A stretch of 64,000 nt of DNA, from contig NC_083416.1 in assembly GCF_020745735.1 (NCBI RefSeq), forward strand, positions 3,386,400-3,450,399, written 5' to 3'. Numbering within the stretch: position 1 is the stretch's first letter; every line of letters begins with the position of its first letter. Shown here piece by piece: positions 36,267 to 47,640 of the stretch. This DNA comes from Hemiscyllium ocellatum (taxonomy: Eukaryota). Position numbers and translations under genes: made by a program. The notes under the pieces are model-generated. The model did not search any database and was not told where the DNA came from. It worked only from the letters and a program-made list of their open reading frames with translations.

Positions 36267-38302
36267 GTAAGATTGACTTCCTTACCCTCCTTCTCTCTCA
36301 AATAATAAGCCAGTCTTTTGAGCATTCCATTTGAATAATGTCCATCGGTGTAGATGGTTTTACTGTCTGAATATTAAAACTCAGCTGAGCACTGAGTGGA
36401 ATACCAGGAGCAGAGGGCAACACTACTACAGCAGAACTTGCCTGGTTTTCCTTCATGTGGGGCAGGTTCTGTACAGAACCTGTATAAATCACGTTGCCTA
36501 ACCGGGCAATCAGTGAATGAGTTGTTTAACGCTGCCCCCCCACTGTTTTCATGTTTAATTCTGTGTATGCCAGTGTAAATTCTGAGATTAGCATCCAGAG
36601 AATATGACAGAAGGAATTCTGTTTCCAATGGCTAAATTTTGGTTTTGTAGTCAGGATCAGCTCTGGGTTCCAATGTTCCTGGGATGGAAGGTAGCCTTGT
36701 GAGAAGAGATTGAGTATGCTCACTGAGATTTTACTGAGGGTTTGTAACCCCTGATAGAGGAATCTTGGAAGACAGGGGGAGGGGGCATAGTTTCTGAATC
36801 AGGGACTGCCTGCCGAAGGTGAAAATGAGGAAGGAGACCCTTCTCTCAGAGGGTCATGACTCCCACCGCCTTTCACTGGAGACAGAGGTATTGGACAGAA
36901 TCAACACTGAGGAGGTCAGTTTATTGAATTATTGGGGAGCCAGTTCATATGGAAAACACATTGGAATGTGGAGTTGAGACCAGGATCACAAATGCCTGGA
37001 TCTTATTGAATATTGGAATGGCCTAAATATGCTCCAATTTTATTTTGTGTTTTGTCATATTATTCTTAAATTTCAGGGAGATACTGAGCTTGAACATCAA
37101 CCTCATGTCACAGGAAACCTGGGCAAGAGCTATACTTACAGATCACAGAGAGGTATCAACTTGTATTGAACTACAGGAGTTTTCAGATTCCTCACTATCA
37201 GCAGTAACACTTCGGGACCTGTATTAGACGTCAATCAGTCCATCATACTCATGTCTCTAAGGCAAAAGGCTGTGTTCTCAAATTTCATTCCAGGACTCCT
37301 GCTCAGCAATCCAAGCTGAAATGCCATCATTGTTGGACTATAACCTGGTGTTGTGTGATATTTATCACTATACTGAAAGCTACACTGTCAGAAATCTAGT
37401 TGGAAAGTCAGTAAAGTAAACAGCTTTGGAGGCCTTGGCATTTATTTTTAAAAGTTGGAACAATTGAAGCATCCTGGCTGGGTGTGACCAGCTCTCACAG
37501 ACCAGGATCTCTAACTTTTAGTTTGTTCGCTTTGAGATTCAGTGTCAGTTGTTGTTGAAGTTGGGAGTAAATGTCTCCCGGTCACTACTCTCTGAATTTT
37601 TGCTAGATATTTTTTCTCTCTGTCTGCTTCTGGATTGCATCTGAGAAAATCTGTTTCCTGAATTTGTCTTGTTGCCAAGGGGTGTGTTTAAGAGATGTTA
37701 TTATATTGTGTTATGGACCAAGCCTGATCCCTCAAAACATTTCAAGAAGGTAGCCTAGACCTTAACTTTGCTACTTGGACTTAAGCAGGTGTACAGTGAA
37801 TAGGCCAGGAGAGGATTAGCTGGTCAAACTGTACCGTTTTAAACAAAAACGGAATTTATTTACAAGATTACTGAATTAAACACACAGAACAGAAAACCGA
37901 ATACTGGATAACTTGTCCTATCCGAACCCAACAAACTATCCTGACTTAATGATACTGTTCCAAACCACTTGCAACAATCTCAACAAACACCCCCTTGGCA
38001 CAACAGGTAAAAAATGGAATAAAGGCTGGCAAGTTCAAAGTCAGAAACCCAACCTTTCTTCACACACACTGCTGCTCAACTGGCCACTCCCCTTTCATTG
38101 TACAAGTTGTTTTCTAAACTTGAAAGCCAGCTTCCTGAGGCAGTATCTGTTAGCTATAAACAAATGGGCGCTAAAATCTATCAAAGCTCTCAGAACCTCT
38201 CTGAACTTTCATCTGATAGTTACTGGATCTATTATTCTGTTAAGTTTTTCAATAGAGTTGTTATTCTGAATTCCTTTGTCTTTTGTTATATTATAACTAT
38301 GG

Positions 38303-38495
38303 TTAAAAATCACACAACACCAGGTTATAGTCCACCAGGATTATTTGGAAACACTAGCTTTCAGAGCGCTGCTCAACCACCTGATGAAGGAGCAGCGCTC
38401 CGAAAGCTAGTGCTTCCAAATAAACCTGTTGGACTATAATCTGGTGTTGTGTGATTTTTAACTTTGTACACCCCAGTCCAACACCGGCATCTCTA
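38303..38495. mobile_element. Palindromic non-autonomous Penelope-derived element (related copies at ~30-230, ~11960-12170, ~15870-16170, ~35310-35420)
   Basis: Inverted arms AATCACACAACACCAGGTTATAGTCC...GGACTATAATCTGGTGTTGTGTGATT around a hammerhead motif. Confidence 0.7.
38378..38412 (+). ncRNA. Minimal hammerhead ribozyme (second family)
   Basis: CAC-CTGATGA-A-GGAGC(AGC)GCTCC-GAAAG-CTA-GTG. Stem I CAC/GTG, 5-bp stem II, palindromic AGCU stem III, CUA cleavage triplet. Confidence 0.65.
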
Positions 38496-39259
38496 AATTA
38501 TAACTGTGATGTTTGAATAGATGGTGTTTCACTTAACGTCGAGTAGTTTGACCAGTTGCATCACATTCTGCATTTAAAATAAGAAAAGGTAACGTCTGGG
38601 CTACATTAAACTATTTTGAGGGGGGTCTGGTCTGGTCCATAACAGATGTTATTTTCTGAATTATGATGATCTGGACTGCTGTGTCTGGAAGCGTGATGGA
38701 GTTAACTTTTAAAACAAAAATTTTTTAAATGGAATTGGATATATCAGGGAAAAACAATGAATTTTCAGAGCTCCAGGAAAAGCACAGTTGGGTTACTTAT
38801 GTAGTTCTTTAAAAAAACTCACAGACACCGTGGACTGCATGGCCTCATGAGCTGTATGATTCTATGATGCTAACTATAGTCAAGCTGAGCATTCTCTTCA
38901 TTACCCTCCCATTGTATTGGTAACTAAAACCAGGTGCTGGTTCAGAATCCAATGGACAGGCAGGTCCCAGAATAAATTCACTCTGCTTTTGGCAAATCTT
39001 TCTGGAGGTCTCATGTGAAATCTTCTGTGACCCCACGATCCAGTATACAGCATTTGATTCTCTGTTAGAATTCCTGGCTGTCTATTACTCCCTTAGACAT
39101 TGGGTGAGGAAGATGCATTCCCGATTGTAGGGAACTTTTAAATAAAAAATGATAACTCCAATTATGCTTATGCTGTTTCTAGGTTGAGTCTTTTGAATAA
39201 GTTTCAATAATAGTAAAATATGCAGATGGTGCCTCTGTTCTGTGGCTTTCTGCAGTCCT

Positions 39260-41053
39260 TCTCCATTTAAATAATATTCAGCTCCTCTCTTCTTGCCAAA
39301 TTATATAACCTCACATTTCCCCACAGGATATTGTTCCTGCCAAGTTTTTGCTCACTTGTGTAACCTGTCCATATCTCTCTGAAGACTCTTTTTGTCATTC
39401 TCACCATTGATCTTCCCACCTTGTTTTGTGTCATTTGCAAATTTTGCTGCAGTGCATTCAATTTCCTCACCCACATCATTTATATATATTGTAAATAATT
39501 GTCATCCCAGAACTAATCCCTGTGTCACTCCACTAGTTATGCGTTGCTATTATGAAAATGACTCTATTATCCTAACTCTCTTTGATTTGTCAATTCCCTA
39601 TCCATAGTAAGTTGTTGCCTCCAACACCATGGCCTTCTGTTTTACTAAGTAGCCTAATACTTTAACAAACCCCTTCTAAAAATCCAAGTATATTGCATCC
39701 ACTGCCTTCCCTTTATCTAAAAACCACAACTGCAGATCCTGTAAGTTCAATACAAAAATAGAAGTTGCTGGGAAAGCTTAGCAGATCTGGCAGTGTCTGT
39801 GGAGGGAATACAGAATTAGTGTTTCAGGTCCAGTGGCACTTCCTCAGAACTGTATAGGGTGGCAGAGTGGCTAGCACTGTTGCCTCACTATGCCAGGGCT
39901 CCGAGTTCAATTCCACCCTCGGGTGGCTGTGTGTGTGGAGTTTTCGCATTCTCACTGTGTTATATTTGTTTCCTCCCTCATACCGAAGATGTAGAAGTTA
40001 TGTAGATTAGCCATGAATTGCAGGGTAAGGGTGTAGTTAGTTTCATTTATTCATTGCTTTTTTAGTAACAATTCTGCAATAAAGTGATGACGTGTTAAAC
40101 CAAAAACAAATCTTGTCTTGAGTGTTTTATTTTCTGTCTGAAACCAATTTAAAAATCTACAGATTTCTCCATGGACTGCAGGACAAAGTCAGATCTGGGA
40201 ACTGATCAGCAAAATTCAAATGAATAGCCAGTCCATGTTGAAAATAATTCAACTCGCTAGAGTTGATTGAGGGAGAGTGATGAGTATCACCCCACTACCT
40301 GCTCATGCCCACTCCATTCAGAACAGTCTCCGGGTAGGGGTAATGATATTGTTGATGTATTTAAATCGACTTTTAATGAGTGTTTAAATATCAATTAATG
40401 GTGCAGAATGTCAAGGATAGTAGTCAGTGTGTGGAAGACAGATGCACGGACTTCCAGCATGACCTGTTATCATTTTGGTGTAGCACAGTTTCTGGGGACA
40501 GAATTTTCCGAATGCTCTTGGCAATTATCCTCTAGTCCTCATGGTGCTAAAGTTCCGTTTTGTCATTGAGGATATACTCCATCAGGTTGTATGGCACTAC
40601 TGCAGTGCTAGAGGGGATAAATTGAAAATTGTTTGGGTGATTCTAATCTGGACAAATGTGAGGTGGTCAATTACAGGTGGGAATTATACAGTGAACGACA
40701 GAACCATTAAGATAGGGAATTGACAAATCAAAGAGAGTTAGAATAATAGAGTCATTTTCATAATAGCAACGCATAACTAGTGGAGTGACACAGGGATTAG
40801 TTCTGGGGTGACAATTATTTACAATATATATAAATGACGTGGGTGAGGAAATTGAATGCACTGCAGCAAAATTTGCAGATGACACAAAACGAGGTGGGAA
40901 GATCAATGGTGAGAATGACAAAAAGAGTCTTCAGAGAGATATGGACAGGTTACGCAAGTGAGCAAAAACTTGGCAGGAACAATATCCTGTGGGGAAATGT
41001 GAGGTTATATAATTTGGCAAGAAGAGAGGAGCTGAATATTATTTAAATGGAGA
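39260..41053. repeat. 343-bp inverted duplication of a decayed CR1 RT fragment (39260-39602 vs 40711-41053)
   Basis: Direct comparison gives about 6 mismatches. Both copies share the same frameshifts. Spacer ~1.1 kb. Confidence 0.9.
40163..40227 (+). CDS. Gene B candidate last (cytoplasmic) exon: NFSMDCRTKSDLGTDQQNSNE*
   Basis: Acceptor ...aaatctacAG in compatible phase 1, hydrophilic, stop TAG at 40225-40227. One of several possible acceptors. Confidence 0.25.
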
Positions 41054-42479
41054 GGGATCTGGGTAGGCAAGTCTACAGATCACTGAAGGTGGCAGCACAG
41101 GTAGATCTGAAAATGTGTTGCTGGAAAAGCGCAGCAGGTCAGGCAGCAACCAAAGAACAGGAGATTCAACATTTCTTATGCCCGAAACGTCGAATCTCCT
41201 GTTCTTTGGATGCTGCCTGACCTGCTGCGCTTTTCCAGCAACACATTTTCAGCTCTGATCTCCAGCATCTGCAGACCTCACTTTCTCCTCCAGCACAGGT
41301 AGATAAAAAGGCCTATGGCATGCTTACCTTCATTGGAAGGGGCATGGAGTATAAGGATAGACAGGTTATGCTGCAGCTTTATATAACTTCAGTTAGGTCA
41401 TACTTGGAATATTAGACAGTTCTGGTAACCACATTACCAGAAAGATGTAGATGCTTTGGAGAGGGTACAGAAAAGGTTTACCAGGATGTTGCCTGGTCTG
41501 GGGGATTTTAACGATGAAGAAAGGTTGGATACACTGGGTTTATTTTCACTGGAATGCAGAAGGTTGACAGGTGACCTGATAGAAGAATGTGAATGGCATG
41601 GATAGAGTGGAAAACATGAGGCTTTTTCCCAGGGTGGAAGGGTCAATTACTAGGGGACACAGGTTCAAGGTGCGAGGGTGGAGTTTATCACACAGAGGGT
41701 GGTGAGTGCCTGGAACACGCTACCAAAGGAGGTGGTGGAAGCAAACACAACAGCAGCTTTCAAGAAACACCAGGATGAATACATGAAAAGCAAGGGGATA
41801 GAGGGATATAGATGCTGTAAGTGAAGACAGTTTTAGTATGGAAGGAAAAAATGTGTCAGCATAGGCTGTTCTTCTGCTGTGTTCTTCTTTGTTCACACTG
41901 GGCACCCCCAGGGCACGGTGGACCATTAGCAACATCAACAGAACTATACTTGATGGAAATCAGTAACCTAAGGAACAAGGAAGTCTTGATATTACACCTC
42001 ACCTGTCACTGCCTCAGGCCAACACATCTTTAAAGTAAATGCCATTATTCTGAAGTACATTCATTGTTGCAATGTCTGATACACAGCAGCCCGTGGTGTC
42101 AGAGGGAGGAGAGGGAATTGGCAACTGGGCAGGAAACAGTGAGTGGGGATAAGGGACTTTTTTTCAGGTTGGTGACCTTTGGCCGGTGGATTTCTACAGA
42201 GATCAGTGCTGGGAGTGCAGCTGTAAATATATTAATAGCCTAGAGGAAGGAAGTGAATGTACTGCAACCAAATTGTCACAAGACAGTAAAATAGGTAGAA
42301 AGGCAAGTTGTGAGATGGATACAAACAGATAGGTTAAGTAAATGGGCAGAAGGTTGGCAATTAGAGTATAAGTGGGAAAATATGAAGTTGTTCATTTTGG
42401 AATGGAGAACAAAAGATCAGAAGTAGAGAAAAACTGCAGAGAGCTGCAGCACAATGGGAGGAACGGGAGGTGATCAGTG

Positions 42480-44140
42480 CTGAGATTAAAGATAGAAGTT
42501 TGTTTATTCGGGATCACGTTGACATAAGGAGGGAAGATGTGTTGGGTAGCCTAAAGGATATTAAGGTGGACAAATCCCCAGGACTGGATGGCATCTGTCC
42601 CAGGTTGCTGAGGGAGGTGAGAGAGGAAATAGCTGGGGCCTGACAGATATCTTTATAGCGTCCTTAAACACAAGTGATGTGTCGGAGGACTGGAGGGTTG
42701 CTCATGTTGTCCCCCTGTACAGGAAGGGTAGTAGGGATATTCCAGGTAACTACAGACCAATGAGCCTGACATCAGTGGCGGGAAAGTTGCTGGAGAAGGT
42801 ACTGAGGGATAAAATTTATTTATATTTGGCAAAGAATAGGATCAATGGTGATAAGCAACATGGTTTTGTGAGGGGTAGATCATGCCTTACCAACTTAATA
42901 GAGTTCTTTGAGGAAGTGACCAAGTTGATACATGGAGGAAGGGCTGTAGATGTCATATACATGGACTTTAGCAAGGTGTTTGATAAGGTTCCCCATGGTA
43001 AACTAATAGAGAAAGTGAAGTCACACGGTGTGTAGGGCGTTTTAGCTAGATGGATAAAGAACTGGTTGAGCAACAGGAGACAGAGAGTAGTAGTTGAAGG
43101 GAGTTTCTTGAAATGGAGAAAGGTGACCAGTGGTGTTCCACAGGGGTCAGTGCTGGGGCCACAGTTGTTTGTAATATACATAAATGATCTGGAAGAGGGC
43201 ACTGTTGGTATGATCAGTAAGTTTGCAGATGACACAAAGATTAATGGAGTAGCAGAGAGCTAGTAGTAAGGAACTGTCAGAGTATACAGGAGAATATAGA
43301 TAGACTGGAGAGTTGGGCGGAAAAGTGGCAGATGGCATTCAATCCAGGCAAATGTGAGGTGATGTATTTTGGGAAGTCTAATTCTAGAGCAAACCATACT
43401 GTAAATGGAAGAGCCTCGGGGAAAGTTGACGAGCAGAGCGATCTGGGAGTTCAGGTCCATTGTACCCTGAAGGTTGCTGCACAGGTGGATAGAGTGGTCA
43501 GGAAGGCATATAGTATGCTTGCCTTCATTGGACGGGGTATTGAGTATAAGAGTTGGCAGGTCATGTTAAAATTGTACAAGACATTGGTTGGCCGCATTTA
43601 GAATACTGTGTACTGTTCTGGTCACCACGTTACCAAAAGGATGTGGACACTTCGCAGAGGGTGCAGAGAAGGTTTACGAAGACTATACCTGGTCCAGAAG
43701 ATGAGAGCTATGAAGAGAGATTGAGTAGGTTAGGATTGTTTTCATTAGAAGAAAGGAGACTGAGGGGGGACCTGATTGAGGTCTACAAAACCATGAAGGG
43801 TATAGACAGGATGGATACAGATAAACTTCTTCCCTGAGTGAGGGATTCAGTAATGAGAGGTTACATGATCAAGGTGAGAGGTAAGAAGTTTAAGGGGGAT
43901 ATATGTGGCCAGTACTTTACACAGAGGGTGATAGATGCCTGGAACGCGTTACGAGCAGAGATAGTAGAGGCAGGCATGGTAGATTAATTTAAGGTGCGTC
44001 TGGACAGATGCATGAGTAGGTGGGGAGCAGAGGGATACAGATGCTTAGGAATTGGGCGACAGGTTTAGATAGTGGATTTGGATTGGCTCAAGCTTGGATG
44101 ACTGAAGGCCCTGTTTCTGGGCTGTAAATTTTCTTTGCTC
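42480..44140 (+). mobile_element. CR1-type LINE 3' portion (RT domain and tail), decayed
   Basis: [71 protein letters not shown]. Confidence 0.9.
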
Positions 44141-44899
44141 TTTGTTCTTTACAAAGGGATCTGGGTGGGGGCGAGGGACGGGGGTGGTTGGTGAGACTTG
44201 TGCTCAAAACACAGAAAGCTAACTCCCAGCGGCACAGGTAATCGAGAAGGATCATGGAATGCTGGCTCTTATTTCATGGGGGTCGGAGTAAACGAGTAGG
44301 GAGATCTTATGGCAACTGGATAAGGTGCTGGGGAGACCACACCTAGAGAACTGAGAGCAGTTTTGTTCCTTATTTTAAGGGGAGAGATCATTTCATTGGA
44401 GGCAGTTCAGAGAAGCTTCACTGGGATGATCCTGGTATGGAGGGATTGTCTTACGAACAAAGGCTAAGCAGGCTGGAACTCTACTCACTGGAGTTGAGAA
44501 GACTGCGAGGTGATCTCATTGAAACATAGTATTCCATCGCATTCATTTTTGAATATAGACATGTTTTGGGGAGTGAGGAGATAAGTTATTTATGGCAGTA
44601 CTCCTAGCCTCTGCCCTGTTCTTGCAGCCACTGTTTTTATATGGCGAATCCAGTTTAGTTTCTAGTCAGCATTAAGCCCCAGGATGTTGGACGTGGGGAT
44701 TCAGTGATGGTTAGATTCTCTCTTATTGGAGAGGGTCATTGCCTGGCATTTCTCTGGTGCAAATGTTACTTACCACCTGTCAGCTCAAGTCCAGATATTG
44801 TCCAGGTCTTGTTGCATTTGGAGATTGGCTGCTTCAGTATCTGAGGTTACTAGATGGGCTAATAAACTATCTGCTTCCTCAGAACCTCACATACAGTGT

Positions 44900-46460
44900 A
44901 ATGAGAACAGCAAAACCGTTGTCCCCATTTTAGGTCTTCACCTGAACCAGAGGGGTACCAATATCCTGGGGTGGTGGGGGGGGTGGAGGGGGTGGAATTT
45001 GCTAATGCTCTTCGAGTGGGGCGGTTAAACTAATGCAGTAGGGAGTGGGAACCTAAATTGTAGTTCAAGTATACAGAAGGTTGAGAGTAGTGAGGTCAGA
45101 ATTAAGATTTCAAGATCGCAAGAAGGCACTAGCAAGCAAGATGTTGGTTTGAGGTGTGTCTACTCCAATGCCAGGAGCATTCAGGATAAGGTGGGTGAAC
45201 TTGCAGCATGGGTTGGTACCTGGGATTTCGATGTTGTGGCCATTTCAGAGACATGGATAGAGCAGGGGGCAGGAATGTTTGTTGCAGGTTCCGGGATTTA
45301 GATGTTTCGGTAAGAACAGAGAAGATAGCAAAAGAGGAGGGGGTGTGGCATTGTTAGTCAAGGACAGTATTACAGTGACAGAAAGGACATTTGAGGACTC
45401 ATCTACTGAGGTAGTATGGGCTGCGATTAAAAACAGGAAAGGAGAGCTCACTCTGTTGGTCTCCTCATTGTTCCAGAGATATAGAGGCATGATTAGCAAT
45501 GGTGATCCTTGATAGGAGTGAGAGTGACAGGGTAGTTGGTATGGGAGACTTTAACTTGCCAAATATTGACTGGGAATATTATAGTTCAAGTACTTTGGAT
45601 GGGTCAGTTTTTGTCCAATGTGTGCAGGAGGATTTCCTGACACAGTATGTAGACAGGCCTACAAGAGGTGAGGCCACATTAGATTTGGGAGAAAGTGAGG
45701 ACTGCAGATGCTGGCGATCAGAGCAGTTTTGGGAGGTAACATGAAAGGGCTGCTTTTTTTTTCTTTTACAAAATGGGCGGCACGGTGGCTCAGTGGTTAG
45801 CACTGCTGCCTCACAGCGCCAGAGACCCGGGTTCAATTCCCTCCTCAGGCGACTGACTGTGTGGAGTTTGCACATTCTCCCCAGTGTCTGTGTGGGTTTC
45901 CTCCCACAGTCCAAAGATGTGCGGGTCAGGTGAATTGGCCATGCTAAATTGCCCGTAGTGTTAGGTTAGGGGCAAATGTAGGGGTATGGGTGGGTTGCGC
46001 TTCGGCGGGTCGGTGTGGACTTGTTGGGCCGAATGGTCTGTTTCCACACTGTAAGTAATCTAATCCAATCTAAAATGTGTTGCTGGATGACCTGCTGTGC
46101 ATTTTCAGCCCACATTAGATTTGGTACTGGGTAATGAACCCAGGCAGGTGTTAGATTTGGAGGTGGGTGAGCATCTTGGTGATAGAGATGACAATTTAGT
46201 TATGCTTACTTCAGCGATGGAAAGGGATAGATATATACCACAGGGCAGGAGTTATAGCTGGGAGAATGACAATTACGATGTAATTAGGCGAGATTAGGCA
46301 TAGAATGGGGAAGGAAATTGCAGGGGAAGGGCACAATTGGAATGTGGAGTTTATTCAAGGAACAGCTACTGTGGGTCCTTGTTAAGTATTGTATTTCCAG
46401 GCAGGGAGAGTGTGGGAGCTGTGGTTTACTAAGAAAGTTGAATCTCTTGTCAAGACTTTG
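44900..46460 (+). mobile_element. CR1-type LINE endonuclease region, interrupted by a Penelope tail fragment and a SINE (45775-46073)
   Basis: RGGGVALLVKDSI, VGMGDFNLPNIDW, FVQCVQEDFLTQYVDRPTRGEATLDL, resuming LDLVLGNEP after the insertions. Confidence 0.85.
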
Positions 46461-46969
46461 TGTCAATTTGACGTTGGATTCAAATGTAACCGTGTTGTCT
46501 CATTTCATCTTGAGTGTTTGGTGGAGGAACGAATGTGACCCACAATGTTATAAATAGTATCGGGTGGGAACATAGAGAAACTTCTAAATTGCACACGCTG
46601 TGATTTTTTTTTTGATGTGTGTGTGTTGTCACATTGGGAGGAATGCACTGTGTTTCTCTGGCTTCAGTATTCCACTTATCACAACACGTAATTAAATAAA
46701 AAATGTTTTTAACTTTTTATCAGTATGGCAATTATATACAGAGTCATAGAGACATACAGCATAGAATCAGACCATTTAACCCAGTCAGCAGAATGTGAGG
46801 ACTGCAGATGCTGGAGATCAGAGTCAGAAAGTGTGGTGCTGGAAAAGCGCAGCAGGTCAGACAGTGTCTGAGAAGCAGGAAAATCGACGTGATGAAGATC
46901 TTATGCCTGAAATGTCGACTCTCTTGCTCCTTGGATGCTGCCTGACCTGCTGTGCTTTGCCAGTGTCAC

Positions 46970-47640
46970 ACTTTACAACCATTCGTCCAATCACTTCAAG
47001 CTGACCATAATCCCAAACTAAACTAGTCCCACCTGTCTGCTCCTGGCCCATATCCCCCCAAACCTTTCCTCGTCATGTACTTATCCAAATGCCTCTTAAG
47101 TGTTGTAACTGTTCCCACACTCTCCACATCCTCAAGACATTCACTCCACACATGAGCCACCCTCTGTGTAAAAATGTTGCCCCTCATGTCTTTTTAAAAC
47201 TTCTCTCCTCTGACCTTAAATATGTGCCCCCGAACTTGAAATCCCCCATCCTAGGGAAAAGACAACAACCATTAGCTCTATCTATACCCCTCATTATTTT
47301 ATCTCCTTCTACCAGATCACCTCTCAACCTCCTGTGCTCCAGTGAAAACAGTCCCAGCCTATTCAGCCTTTCTTTATAATTCAAACCCTCCATACCCTGC
47401 ACCATCCTGGTAAATCTCTGCTGAACCCTCTCCAGCTTAATGATTTCCTTCCTATAACAGGGAGACCAGAACTGAACACAGTACTCCAGAGGGGCCTCAC
47501 CAATGTCCTGTACAAACTCAACAGGACTTCCCAACTCTGATACTCAAAGGACTGAGCAATAGAGGCAAGCTTGCTAAACGCCTTTTTAACCACCCTGTCT
47601 ATATGCTTTAAAGAATTATGTACCTGCACCCCTAGGTATA
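46970..47640 (-). mobile_element. CR1-type LINE 3' fragment
   Basis: PLEYCVQFWSPCYRK..KLERVQQRFTRM...LGLFSLEHRRLRGDL. Confidence 0.85.

Larger units (their letters stand above)
37709..38644. mobile_element. Two related LTR-like fragments in opposite orientation (both start TGTTATGGACCA...CCCTCAAAA)
   Basis: Plus copy starts at 37709 and minus copy at 38644. TG-start and shared sequence. Class assignment is tentative. Confidence 0.35.

Noticed and set aside
38098-38439. ORF with several Tyr motifs (VSYKQM, WIYYSV) as a possible tail exon of gene B
   Set aside because: No phase-1 acceptor in that frame, it lies in LTR-like sequence, and it runs into a Penelope-derived repeat.
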